64,000 nucleotides of DNA. Source: Candidatus Aenigmatarchaeota archaeon (GTDB taxonomy: Archaea > Aenigmatarchaeota > Aenigmatarchaeia > CG10238-14 > SCSR01). Every line of letters begins with the position of its first letter. Position 1 is the first letter of the stretch. The stretch lies in the NCBI GenBank assembly GCA_039000165.1, contig JAWBTW010000002.1, forward strand, positions 19,242-83,241, given 5' to 3'. The notes below the pieces were generated by a model. The model was not told the origin of the DNA. It searched no databases and saw only the letters and a program-made list of their open reading frames with translations. The translations under genes and the position numbers were made by a program. Positions 18,729 to 28,137 of this stretch are shown here, one piece after another.

Positions 18729-19712
18729 TTAGCTACTAAAACTTCTCCAGTATTTTATGGCTATGCATTCGTTTAGTTCAAAATTTTTAAAAACTTCAAA
18801 AGTTTCCAATAGTTTTCTTAGTGGTGTTTTTAAACAATTTCCAACAACCAACTTTGGAAAAAAACCGCAAGGACTAACATCCCCATTCGCATAAATTGAA
18901 AAAACACCATCGCCCATAGGACATTTGAGACGATAAAACTGATCCATAACATTTCCGAACCTTAATTTTTTTAACTTACGATAAATCCATCTTTCTTCTT
19001 TAGGGCTAAGCATTATCTCCAAACTTTCTTTGTTTTCTGGAATAAACCTCATTATTTTCCAAGCGCTTGGTTTAATTTTTTTCTTTATAAACTTAGCAAG
19101 TTTAGGAATCTCTCTGTAATTTAACTTTGTAGGGACGGTTATTATTCTTACTCTTATTCCATTTTCTTTAAGTATTTTAATACTTTCCAAGACCCTATCC
19201 CAAATATCAGCATTTCTCATCAAGTTATGTCCTTTTTTCATCCCATCTAAACTGACACTTACATAACTTACACAATTTTTTAGTTGGTTTGCCAACTCTT
19301 CGGTCATAGTAGTTCCGTTAGTTGTTATGGAACATGAAGCTCTTTTATAAGTGTATTTCAGAATTTTAATCAAATCTTTTCTTAAAGTTGGTTCACCACC
19401 ACCAAAGCTTATGTGTAGTACACCAACCCCAAATACTTGATTAAGGATTTTTGAGAAAGAATTGAAAGGTAGTTCAAAAGGTCTATACCTGTTATGACAA
19501 TGTCTGCATTTTAAGTTACACTTATAAGTTAAATCGATAAAAGCTTCGAAAAAATTATTTTCAAATTTAGGCTTAATTATCTTCACTCTGTTTGTACGAA
19601 GAAATTTAATTAGTTGGTTTTTGTTCAAAAGAAAAAATTCAAAACAGGAGGGGTCATAGCCAATTCCCCCTTCCTTTAAAAGTTTTACCCATTTAGTTTC
19701 CCCATTTTTCAA
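18729..19712 (-). CDS. Radical SAM protein with SPASM/twitch-like C-terminus
   Basis: CNLKCRHC, GGGEPTL, TTNGT, SLDG, C-terminal CPMG...NGDVSPC; TTG start after GGTGA RBS. Confidence 0.9.
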   Translation of the reverse strand: MKNGETKWVKLLKEGGIGYDPSCFEFFLLNKNQLIKFLRTNRVKIIKPKFENNFFEAFIDLTYKCNLKCRHCHNRYRPFELPFNSFSKILNQVFGVGVLHISFGGGEPTLRKDLIKILKYTYKRASCSITTNGTTMTEELANQLKNCVSYVSVSLDGMKKGHNLMRNADIWDRVLESIKILKENGIRVRIITVPTKLNYREIPKLAKFIKKKIKPSAWKIMRFIPENKESLEIMLSPKEERWIYRKLKKLRFGNVMDQFYRLKCPMGDGVFSIYANGDVSPCGFFPKLVVGNCLKTPLRKLLETFEVFKNFELNECIAIKYWRSFSS

Positions 19713-19770
19713 CAGCTTTCACCTTGCTCTTTTTCTCTTTGAAAACAAGCGGCGAACAACATCTCTTCAT
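19693..19770 (-). CDS. 25-aa peptide MKRCCSPLVFKEKKSKVKAVEKWGN, candidate RiPP precursor, not in ORF track
   Basis: Strong RBS AGGTGAGGT just before the ATG; starts 1 nt after the nucleotidyltransferase stop and overlaps the rSAM start. Confidence 0.6.
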   Translation of the reverse strand: MKRCCSPLVFKEKKSKVKAVEKWGN

Positions 19771-19771
19771 T

Positions 19772-20407
19772 TTACCTCACCTGTTTTTTAAATTTTTTAA
19801 GGTCATCGAAAGTATCTATCTCCAATATTGTATGGGGAGTATAAAAATAAAAAATGCTATAGTTATGCGCTAGCAACAGGATTGCTAAGTCTGAATATTC
19901 AAAATTATCTTCTATTTTCTCTTCTATTTTTTTCAAAATACTTACGTTCCATATGGAAAGTGAAGTCGTAGGTTTAATATATTTCAGAGAACTTACTTTA
20001 ACAGTTCTTCTCCTACCTTTTGCATGAAACAAGCAAGCTGGCTGGAGCTTTTTGTAAACTTTTATGCTTTCTCTTATTACCTCACTTGGTTGGATTATGT
20101 CAGAAGGTAGGACTAAAACATCTTTCCCAGACTTAATATTTATTATTTCAAGCATATTACGAACACAATAATCAGAACTTCCTACAAAATAGTTTATCTT
20201 TTTTTGTTGTAAGTAGGGAATGAAAGCTTCATGCCTATATCTGAGGCAAACTACTATGTTTGATTTTTTAATTCCACTTTCTAACAAACTATCAAGAGCA
20301 TAATCTATCAATTTTTTGTTGTTGATTTCAATTAAAGGCTTTGGTATTTCATAAGTAAGTGGTCTTAATCTTTCCCCTTTTCCACCTGCCATTAAAATTG
20401 CCAGCAT
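19772..20407 (-). CDS. Nucleotidyltransferase (NTP_transferase family)
   Basis: LMAGGKGERLRPLT..PKPL; C-terminal EIDTFDDL. Confidence 0.88.
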   Translation of the reverse strand: MLAILMAGGKGERLRPLTYEIPKPLIEINNKKLIDYALDSLLESGIKKSNIVVCLRYRHEAFIPYLQQKKINYFVGSSDYCVRNMLEIINIKSGKDVLVLPSDIIQPSEVIRESIKVYKKLQPACLFHAKGRRRTVKVSSLKYIKPTTSLSIWNVSILKKIEEKIEDNFEYSDLAILLLAHNYSIFYFYTPHTILEIDTFDDLKKFKKQVR

Positions 20408-20421
20408 AACTTATCTTAACC

Positions 20422-20868
20422 CTATTTATACACTACTATTTTTGTTGTCTCAAAAGCATCTTCCACAACTTTTTTGGGTTCTATTCCCCATTCTTTAATT
20501 AAGTCATGCGTTATATAGATGAAATATCCTTTATCCATTAGGTTTAGAGCTATAGTTACAAGATAGTAGGGATTAAAATTCACCAAAATTGCCTTGTTTA
20601 AAAGTTCTCCTGCGTATTCAGTAGGAAAGATTATTAGTTTCAACCTGTGCTTTGAGTATGGTGCAGGGATTTCAATTTCTTTTATGAAATCATCTATTGC
20701 CTTCTTCAATTTTTTACCTTCAAACACATCGATATAAATCTTAGCAACGTTTACTCTAAACCAATAGCCTTTCCATTCAGCATCAAAATGTGTCTTGCTT
20801 ATATCTTCGAACCTTATTCCTGGGAATTTTTTTCTTAAATTTTTTTTAACAAGATTTTTAATTAACAT
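20422..20868 (-). CDS. Hypothetical protein, possibly DUF1444-like
   Basis: VTIALNL...YITHDLIKEWGI...AF pattern recalled for DUF1444; unverified. Confidence 0.45.
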   Translation of the reverse strand: MLIKNLVKKNLRKKFPGIRFEDISKTHFDAEWKGYWFRVNVAKIYIDVFEGKKLKKAIDDFIKEIEIPAPYSKHRLKLIIFPTEYAGELLNKAILVNFNPYYLVTIALNLMDKGYFIYITHDLIKEWGIEPKKVVEDAFETTKIVVYK

Positions 20869-20988
20869 CTTCCCAATTAAAGTTAGATACAAAAAAAGAT
20901 AAAAAATTTTCTTTTGATTTGAGAGTTAAACTTAAATCTCAATCTTTAAGTTAAATTATTTGTTTACCAATTTATTAGAGGTGAGAAA

Positions 20989-21759
20989 TTGCCAAGAAGA
21001 AAGGGCTTGCCTGAATGGGGAGAGCTCGTTTTATGTACTGTTCAAAGAATCTCACCTTATGCTGCTTGGTGCAAGCTTGAAGAGTATCCAGAAGCTGAAG
21101 GGATGATTCATGTCTCTGAAGTTAGCGGAAAATGGGTTCATGATATTAGAGAATTTGTCAAAGTTAATAAGCAATATGTTGCTAAAGTTGTGAAGATAGA
21201 CTATCAAAAAAAGTTTGTAAATTTAAGCCTGAAAAGAGTCAGCGATGAAGAAAAAAAGGAAAAAATGAATTCTTACAGAAAAGAACAAAGAGCAGAAAAA
21301 ATTTTAGAACAAGTAGCAAAAGAGTTTGGAAAAACTCTGGAGCAAGCTTATCAAGAGGTTGGATTTCTTTTGCAGGAAAAGTTTGGCAGCATTTATTCTG
21401 CTTTTGAGGAAGCAAGAAAAACACCTGAAATTCTTGAGAAAAAAGGAGTAGCTAAGGAATGGGTAGAAGCTTTAACTAAAGCTATAGAGAAGAGTTTCAA
21501 GGAAAAAGAAGTTAAGATAAAGGCTGAGCTTGAACTCAAAAGCTATGCAAGCGATGGAATAAAAAGAATTAAGGAAATTCTTTTGAACTTACAAAAAAAC
21601 GGAATAAAAGTGAAGTACATAAGCGCTCCTCGCTATAGAGTTGAAATTGAAGGCAAAAACCCGAAAAATCTTGAGAAAAAGCTTGTAGAAAACTTGGAAA
21701 ACGCTTTAAGGGAAATAAAGAAAGCAGAAGGAGAGGGGAACTACAGGTTAATAAAATGA
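20989..21759 (+). CDS. eif2a: Translation initiation factor 2 alpha subunit
   Basis: PEWGELV S1 domain, GMIHVSEVS, LSLKRV, YISAPRY. Confidence 0.93.
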   Translation: MPRRKGLPEWGELVLCTVQRISPYAAWCKLEEYPEAEGMIHVSEVSGKWVHDIREFVKVNKQYVAKVVKIDYQKKFVNLSLKRVSDEEKKEKMNSYRKEQRAEKILEQVAKEFGKTLEQAYQEVGFLLQEKFGSIYSAFEEARKTPEILEKKGVAKEWVEALTKAIEKSFKEKEVKIKAELELKSYASDGIKRIKEILLNLQKNGIKVKYISAPRYRVEIEGKNPKNLEKKLVENLENALREIKKAEGEGNYRLIK

Positions 21760-21911
21760 AGATGAGAAAGTGTAATTCTTGCAAAACCTATACTTTTAAG
21801 GAAAACTGCCCAAAATGTAATCAAAAAACTGTTTCGCCTCTACCGCCTCCTTATTCGCCAGATGACAAGTATGGAAAATACAGAAGAAGGTTAAAGAGTG
21901 AAATGATTTAA
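21756..21911 (+). CDS. nop10: H/ACA RNP protein Nop10, not in ORF track
   Basis: MKMRKCNSCKTYTFKENCPKC...PPPYSPDDKYGKYRR; conserved aIF2a-nop10-PAC2 order. Confidence 0.92.
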   Translation: MKMRKCNSCKTYTFKENCPKCNQKTVSPLPPPYSPDDKYGKYRRRLKSEMI

Positions 21912-21943
21912 ATATATTTGTTAAAAAGAAAATATGTGATATT

Positions 21944-22738
21944 ATGGCAACTTGGATAAGAGAACTTGAAAAACCAAAGCTGAAAAATCCTTTGTTTATC
22001 GAAGGTCTGCCAGGAGTAGGTAATGTTGGAAGAATCGCAGCAGGTTACTTAGTAGAAGAATTGAAAGCAAAAAAATTTGCAGAACTTTATTCTTCACATT
22101 TCATGCCTTTTGTTCTGCTTCATCAAAGCTCTGCAGTGCATGTTTTAAAAAACGAATTTTACTACTGGAAGGCTAAGGAAAAAAACCAAAGGGACTTGAT
22201 AATATTAATAGGAGATAGTCAAAGTGTTGACCCAGAAGGACATTATGAAATTGTTAACACTATCCTAGACTATATTGAGAAGTTTGGGGTAAAAGAAATA
22301 ATAACTTTGGCAGGCCTAAGCATAGGAGAAATGGTAGAAAAACCAAAGGTTGTGGGAGCAGTAAGTGATGAGGAAATGATTAAAAAATATCGAAAGTACG
22401 AGATTGACTTCGAGGCAGGAAGTAGAATCGGAACAATAGTTGGTGCTTCTGGCTTGATGATAGGTTTGGGAAAAATAAGAGGGATGAAAGGGGTTTGTCT
22501 TTTGGGAGAAACAGTAGGCTTCCCCATAATTCCAGACCCGAAAAGCGCAGAAGCTTTGTTAAGAGTTGTAGTTAAAATACTGAACGTAAAAATAGACACG
22601 AGCAAAATAGAGAAGAAAGTGAAGGAAATGGAAGAGTTTATAAAGAAAATTGAAGATGTGCAGAAAAGGGCTTTAGGACAACTTCTTAAGCCTATGGAAA
22701 AACCAGGAAAAGAAGAGAAGCTTAGTTATATAGGTTAA
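21944..22738 (+). CDS. Proteasome assembly chaperone PAC2 family
   Basis: EGLPGVGNVG, GDSQ, GASGL, LLGET, PDPKSA. Confidence 0.9.
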   Translation: MATWIRELEKPKLKNPLFIEGLPGVGNVGRIAAGYLVEELKAKKFAELYSSHFMPFVLLHQSSAVHVLKNEFYYWKAKEKNQRDLIILIGDSQSVDPEGHYEIVNTILDYIEKFGVKEIITLAGLSIGEMVEKPKVVGAVSDEEMIKKYRKYEIDFEAGSRIGTIVGASGLMIGLGKIRGMKGVCLLGETVGFPIIPDPKSAEALLRVVVKILNVKIDTSKIEKKVKEMEEFIKKIEDVQKRALGQLLKPMEKPGKEEKLSYIG

Positions 22739-22742
22739 GAAA

Positions 22743-23333
22743 ATGGCAACAAAACTTTTAATACCTAGAGAGCAATATTTGGCATCTGGAATTCATATAG
22801 GAATGAAGCAAAAGACTAAGGATATGAAGGAGTTTATATACAAAATAAGAGAAGATGGTCTATGCATTCTAAACCTAAAAAAGGTTGATGAAAGGATAAG
22901 AGTTGCCGCAAAATTTCTAGCCAGGCATAGAAAAATTCTTGTAGTAAGCAGAAAATCTGCAGTCCAAGAAGGAATAAAGAAGTTTGCAGAAATTATAGGA
23001 GCAAAAGCCATTGTTGGAAGGTTCATGCCAGGAACTTTAACGAACCCTTCTTACAAAGAATACTATGAAGCAGAGGTTGTTTTTATTTTTGACCCTTTGA
23101 TAGACTATCAAGCTTTGAAAGAAGCAGTAAAGGCAAGAATTCCTGTAGTTGCTCTTTGTGACACTATAAACGAAACTAAGAATATTGACTTAGTAGTTCC
23201 TGCTAACAACAAAGGGAAGAAGGCCTTGGCAACTATTCTTTGGCTTTTGGCAAGAGAAATACTCAAAGAAAGGAAGGAGATAAAAGCTGACTCAGAGTTT
23301 ACTTACAAAGTTGAGGATTTTGCCAAAGCTTAA
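22743..23333 (+). CDS. rps2: 30S ribosomal protein S2
   Basis: YLASGIHIG, GRFMPGTLTNP, PANNKG. Confidence 0.95.
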   Translation: MATKLLIPREQYLASGIHIGMKQKTKDMKEFIYKIREDGLCILNLKKVDERIRVAAKFLARHRKILVVSRKSAVQEGIKKFAEIIGAKAIVGRFMPGTLTNPSYKEYYEAEVVFIFDPLIDYQALKEAVKARIPVVALCDTINETKNIDLVVPANNKGKKALATILWLLAREILKERKEIKADSEFTYKVEDFAKA

Positions 23334-24043
23334 ACTCTTAGAACTTCTATCCCGTTTTCTCTTATAACAAAAGGGTGAATCAAAGTAGAATGCTTGCTTC
23401 TTCTCATCTTTCTTATGGTCAAAGTTCTTTGATACTCTTTTGCGATATAAACAAAATCAAGCTTAATTATAGTATCGACAACAAATTCTAGAAATTGCAA
23501 CCTGCTTACTCCTGCTTCTGACTCTGGAACTTCTGAGATAAAAATTGTGGTCACACCTCTTTCTTTTAAAGCATCTACTAGCGAAACAACTTCAGAGCGT
23601 ATCATATATTTATCTTTAAACATCATCTCTATTGCTGAGATGGAATCTATAACAAGTCTTTTCGCCTTAATTTTATCCACAGCCTCAAGAATTTTTTGAA
23701 CTATTTGATAAAACCCCATTGAAAGAACTTCCTTTTTCTCCACAGGATGCCAAACCCTTTTTATTCTTAAAGGAAGCCATAAAAGCTTGTTCTTTTTTTC
23801 AAAAGGCTCTAAATCCCAGCCAAAAGTTTCTTCTATATCTTTTTTTATATCCTCGACTCTCTCCTCAAAAGTTACGTAGACTGCAGGCTCGTTTTTTAGC
23901 AAGCCATCGTACAAAAATTGAACTGAAAAAAGAGTTTTACCGCTTCCTGTTTTTCCACTAACCATTATAGAAGAAGAGCGAATAAAGCCTCCTCCCATTA
24001 GTTCGTCCAAACCTTTAATTCCTGAGGAAACTCTTTCTGCCAT
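23330..24043 (-). CDS. KaiC-like RecA-superfamily ATPase
   Basis: SGIKGLDELMGGG, GKTGSGKT, VIDSIS, IRKMR. Confidence 0.9.
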   Translation of the reverse strand: MAERVSSGIKGLDELMGGGFIRSSSIMVSGKTGSGKTLFSVQFLYDGLLKNEPAVYVTFEERVEDIKKDIEETFGWDLEPFEKKNKLLWLPLRIKRVWHPVEKKEVLSMGFYQIVQKILEAVDKIKAKRLVIDSISAIEMMFKDKYMIRSEVVSLVDALKERGVTTIFISEVPESEAGVSRLQFLEFVVDTIIKLDFVYIAKEYQRTLTIRKMRRSKHSTLIHPFVIRENGIEVLRV

Positions 24044-24120
24044 AATATTAATTTCTTTTTCCTTTCTCTTATTTTTAAACTAAAAGAAAAATTTATAAGT
24101 TGTTGGGCTAATAAAAATAT

Positions 24121-24380
24121 AGGCGAGCTAGCCAGGTAGCTTCGGCTTTGCATCAAAGCAAAGCTGAGGAAGTTCCCTCCATCCCTTAAGGTGCTGCGCA
24201 AGCAGCAGGCTGAGAAGCCTCTGCCAGAATCAGAAACGAGACCTTTTAGCTTCGCTAACCATGATGCGAAAGCTGAGTTGGGGCTAAAAGGATGAAACGG
24301 TCTGGCAGGCCTGGGATGCAAGTTTGAAACGCTTAGACAAATGCTACCAAAACATAAGAGGGGCTATGGCTAGCACGCCT
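24121..24380 (+). ncRNA. rnpB: RNase P RNA
   Basis: P1 AGGCG.GCTAGCCA/TGGCTAGC.CGCCT, GAGGAAGTTCCCTCC, AACATAAGAGGGGCTAT, GNRA-capped hairpins; GC-rich island. Confidence 0.9.
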
Positions 24381-24469
24381 TTCTTTTTTCAATTTTAAAA
24401 AGAAAAAAAGCTAAAAATTTTTAAATTCTTTAAAAAACCTTTTTAAACTCATTTTTCCTACTCATTTTA

Positions 24470-25126
24470 ATGAGTCTTTCGATAATGGGAATACTTTACG
24501 ATTTTGACGGAACCATAGTAAAATCAGATAAGTTTATAAGAGAAACTTATTACGAGATTTGTAAAGAAATGGGAATAAAACCTAGCTTGAGTTACAGAAT
24601 GTTGCAACGCTTACACTATGACTGGAAAAAATTTTTGAGAAGGCAAAAAATAGATCCAGAAAAAGCAGAAGAAGCTTATAAAAATAAAACTGATAAAATA
24701 AAAGTCATACCAGAAGTGAAAAAGGTTCTGAAGTACAATAAAAAACATGGAAAAATTCAAGGTATAGTAACTCATTCTCCAAGAAGTGCTGTTGAGGAAA
24801 TAGCCAGAAAAAATAAAATTGAAGAGTATATAGACGGAATGATAACTTGGGATGAAATAGAGGAAAGAAACTTAAGACCAAAACCTGAGCCTGATGCTTT
24901 GGTTTGCTTGGCAAGAGACTTAAATTTAGAAACAAAAAAATGTCTTTATGTGGGAAACAGCAAGGAAGATATTATCGCTGGAAAAAGGGCTGGCATGTTA
25001 ACCTTAGGGTTTTGTTGTGAACGTGATTTAAGAGTTATAGCAAGATTAAGAGCAGCAAACCCGTACTTTGGTGTTATAACTTCGCCTCAACATCTTTATA
25101 TATATTTCCAACGTCTAATTTTTTAG
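24470..25126 (+). CDS. HAD-superfamily hydrolase
   Basis: DFDGTIV, KPEPD, VGNSKEDIIAG..AGM. Confidence 0.88.
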   Translation: MSLSIMGILYDFDGTIVKSDKFIRETYYEICKEMGIKPSLSYRMLQRLHYDWKKFLRRQKIDPEKAEEAYKNKTDKIKVIPEVKKVLKYNKKHGKIQGIVTHSPRSAVEEIARKNKIEEYIDGMITWDEIEERNLRPKPEPDALVCLARDLNLETKKCLYVGNSKEDIIAGKRAGMLTLGFCCERDLRVIARLRAANPYFGVITSPQHLYIYFQRLIF

Positions 25127-25127
25127 T

Positions 25128-25238
25128 ATGAAAAGAAAAAATTTGGAAGAACTTGAGTTTGTAAAGTTCCTGAGAATTTCTGAAGAATTCATCCAAAACT
25201 TTATGGAGGAAGAAAACGTTTATTATTACCCAAACTAG
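25128..25238 (+). CDS. Possible 36-aa protein
   Basis: MKRKNLEELEFVKFLRISEEFIQNFMEEENVYYYPN fills the gap between the HAD gene and Sec61beta. Confidence 0.35.
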   Translation: MKRKNLEELEFVKFLRISEEFIQNFMEEENVYYYPN

Positions 25239-25245
25239 TGGTGCT

Positions 25246-25410
25246 ATGGCAAGAAGAGAAAAACTATACATGCCTATGGGGGCAGGAGGTTTACTCAGAT
25301 ATCCTGAAGAGGAAAAAGAAGTTATAAAGATAAAACCTGAACATGTTGTTTACATAGTTATTGCTATAATTCTTATGGAAATAATTCTCAGGATTGTTTT
25401 TCCAATTTAG
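25246..25410 (+). CDS. Preprotein translocase subunit Sec61beta, not in ORF track
   Basis: MPMGAGGLLRYPEEE..IKIKPEHVV followed by one TM helix. Confidence 0.88.
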   Translation: MARREKLYMPMGAGGLLRYPEEEKEVIKIKPEHVVYIVIAIILMEIILRIVFPI

Positions 25411-25448
25411 CAAAAATTAATTCTTTTAAAACTTGAAAATAAATTAGT

Positions 25449-26279
25449 ATGATTTGGCTTGGTCCTGCTGGAATTCCTACAGTAGCAAAGGATAGAAGCA
25501 CACTAGGAGGAATTAGAACTGTTTCTGAGCTTAAGCTTAACGCTATGGAAATAGAGTTTGTTAGAAACGTTTATTTGAGCGAGAAAGCTGCAGAAGAAGC
25601 TGGAGAATTAGCAGAAAGCTTAGGAATAAAGCTTTCTGTTCATGCTCCTTACTTTCTTAACCTTTGCTCAGCAAAAAAGCAAACTGTAGAAGCGAGCAAA
25701 AAATTTATTCTTGATTCCATGGATAGAGCTGAAAGGCTTAAAGCTGAGGTTGTGGTTGCTCACTTAGCTTATTATTCTGGTTTAGAAAAGGAAAAGGCTT
25801 TTGAAATAGTAGAAAGAGAAGTTAAAGATATTTTGGAAAAAGCAAAAGAAAAAGGAATAAAAAAAGTTTTGCTTGCAGGAGAAACTACAGGAAAAGTAAG
25901 TCAGTTTGGAACTTTGGAAGAATTGGTTAAGTTGAGCAAAAGAGTTAAAGGTTTCACTTTAGTTCTAGATCCTGCTCATATATTTGCGAGAAATTGCGGA
26001 AAAATAGATTACAAGAGAATTTTTGATGAAGTAGAAGAACTAAAACTTAAGCACTTGCACATGCATTTTTCTGGCATAAAGTTCACTCCTGTTAAAGCGA
26101 CAGGTTTTGGTAACGAGAAAGAGCATGTTCCTATGGATAATTCACCACCTTTTGAGCCTTTAGCAAAAGAAATTTTGAAAAGAAAGCTTAACGTTACCAT
26201 AATTTCTGAATCGCCGATATTAGAGCAAGACAGCTTAAAGATGAAAAAAGTATTTGAAAGTTTGGGTTATAAGTTTTAG
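25449..26279 (+). CDS. nfo: Endonuclease IV family (TIM barrel)
   Basis: GPAGIP, HAPYFLNL, ETTGK..QFG, DPAH, HMHFSG, SESP. Confidence 0.85.
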   Translation: MIWLGPAGIPTVAKDRSTLGGIRTVSELKLNAMEIEFVRNVYLSEKAAEEAGELAESLGIKLSVHAPYFLNLCSAKKQTVEASKKFILDSMDRAERLKAEVVVAHLAYYSGLEKEKAFEIVEREVKDILEKAKEKGIKKVLLAGETTGKVSQFGTLEELVKLSKRVKGFTLVLDPAHIFARNCGKIDYKRIFDEVEELKLKHLHMHFSGIKFTPVKATGFGNEKEHVPMDNSPPFEPLAKEILKRKLNVTIISESPILEQDSLKMKKVFESLGYKF

Positions 26280-26280
26280 T

Positions 26281-26790
26281 ATGAAAAGTAAGCTAGAAGA
26301 ATTGATTGAGAGATTTAGCGAAGAGGTTTTTAAACCATCTCTTTATGATAGCAAGTTGGTAGAAGAAATAATTGAAAAATCAAGAAGCGAAAGTTTTGAT
26401 AAATTTTCAAAGTATTTTGAAAAGAGTGGATTAAAAAAAGAGGAGAGAAAAGCAGTAAAAGATTTTCTTGAAAAATTTTGTAAAAAAACTGGCTATGCTT
26501 GGAAGCCTGGGTTATGTAGATACATTCCGAAAGTTGTTGAGCTAGCAAAACAAACTTTGAAAGAGTCTTGTGCAAAAAATTATTTTTATGAAATTGTCTT
26601 GAAAAATTATGATGATAGGCATTTCTTCTTGCTGATGCTTTCTTTTGAAGGAAAAAAATTTGTTGTTGACCCTACAGGAGTTCCTGAAAAAGAAAGGACA
26701 TGGGCTTTTCCAGACGATATAAAACCTTATTTTGGTTTAATAGAAAAGGCAAAGGGTTTTCATAAAGTAGTTTATCAAAATTCACTCTGA
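26281..26790 (+). CDS. Hypothetical protein with possible Cys-His-Asp triad
   Basis: GLC...HFFL...VVDPTG ordering. Confidence 0.55.
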   Translation: MKSKLEELIERFSEEVFKPSLYDSKLVEEIIEKSRSESFDKFSKYFEKSGLKKEERKAVKDFLEKFCKKTGYAWKPGLCRYIPKVVELAKQTLKESCAKNYFYEIVLKNYDDRHFFLLMLSFEGKKFVVDPTGVPEKERTWAFPDDIKPYFGLIEKAKGFHKVVYQNSL

Positions 26791-27474
26791 GAATTTTTTG
26801 AGAATTAAAGTGAAAAGAAAGCCGAAGATAAAGCCACCAACATGGGCAAAAAATGCTATACCACTTCCTATTCCTCCAAGAAAGCTTATAGTACCAAAGA
26901 GAAACTGAATAAAAAACCAAAAGCCTATGACTATGAAAGCTGGGATTCTTACAAACATATAGCCAAACCTTGTTAAAATCGTTTCTCTTGGGAAAAGAAG
27001 CAAGTAAGAGCCTAGAATTCCTGAAATTGCTCCGGAAGCTCCTATTGCAGGAATTTCTGAGTTTAAGTTTGTTATGTAGTGAAGGAAAGTTGCTCCTATT
27101 CCTGAGAGAAAGTAGAGCAAAAGAAACTTTATTTTTCCTAGCTTATCCTCAACGTTATCACCAAAAATCCAAAGGTACCACATGTTTCCAAAAATGTGGT
27201 CTATGCCGCCATGCAAAAACATAGAAGTGAAAATCATTGCTATCGATGAAAAAGAGAAAAAAGAAAATTTTGCTGGAATAAAACCATACCTTATGTAAAC
27301 TTCTGGAATTAATACACGCTCGCCTTCAATAACATAAGGAACTTCTTCTGAAGTTAGGCTCCAGATAAAAATCGAAACGTTTAGAATTATTAAAAGAATT
27401 GTTAAAATTGGGAAAGTTTTTCTTGGAGCTGAGTCTGCAAAAGGAAAGAATTGACCTTTTTTGCTTTTAACCAT
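26782..27474 (-). CDS. Rhomboid intramembrane serine protease
   Basis: FLHGG..HIFGNM, GASGA, AHVGG. Confidence 0.93.
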   Translation of the reverse strand: MVKSKKGQFFPFADSAPRKTFPILTILLIILNVSIFIWSLTSEEVPYVIEGERVLIPEVYIRYGFIPAKFSFFSFSSIAMIFTSMFLHGGIDHIFGNMWYLWIFGDNVEDKLGKIKFLLLYFLSGIGATFLHYITNLNSEIPAIGASGAISGILGSYLLLFPRETILTRFGYMFVRIPAFIVIGFWFFIQFLFGTISFLGGIGSGIAFFAHVGGFIFGFLFTLILKKFSE

Positions 27475-27615
27475 ACTGTAGATTTGCTTTTCAAAAATAA
27501 AAATTTTAAAAATTTGTTACAAGTTTGCGTCGTAAGAATTTTAAAGTAAAAGGAAGTTAACCTTAAAAAAAGAAAGATTTTAATACATTTTTTTTAAAAT
27601 TATTTTAGGGAGAAA

Positions 27616-28137
27616 ATGTCGATAAGAAGTACTTTTTACGAGGAATTAGTAAGATACGGAATAGATCCTTTAGAAGTGGTTAAAATCGAGTTTAAGAAAA
27701 GTAGGAAAGGAACTAAAGTAGTTGTTCATACAACGAACAAACCGATTAATATATCCGACCCCTATTTTGTAACGCTAGCTAAAGCGACAGCCTTACAAGT
27801 TCCGTTAGAAAAACTTTTTTCCAGGGATTACTTACTTAAAAGGCTTTACGGAATAATCACCGTTTTTGAAGGAAAGGAAATGCCGTTTTCTGAATTTCTC
27901 CTTTTGAACGCAAAGGTATCAACAGAAGAAATAGCCAAAAGGTTGGAAGAGTTAGAAAGAAAGTATTCCGTGGATAAGCATTTGAAAGATTACAAGGAAG
28001 GGTTGAAAATAAGAATTTATAAAAAATTAGCCTTAACTTGCGGTATATCCTTTAGAGATTTCGAAAAAGATAACGAAGACAGCACTACTGAAAACCTGAT
28101 AGATGTTTTAGCCCATTACTATTATCAAAGCACGTAA
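27616..28137 (+). CDS. Hypothetical protein
   Basis: 173-aa ORF with GGGAG RBS; no recognised motif. Confidence 0.6.
   Translation: MSIRSTFYEELVRYGIDPLEVVKIEFKKSRKGTKVVVHTTNKPINISDPYFVTLAKATALQVPLEKLFSRDYLLKRLYGIITVFEGKEMPFSEFLLLNAKVSTEEIAKRLEELERKYSVDKHLKDYKEGLKIRIYKKLALTCGISFRDFEKDNEDSTTENLIDVLAHYYYQST

Noticed and set aside
23998..24321. 107-aa minus-strand ORF
   Set aside because: Antisense shadow of the RNase P RNA
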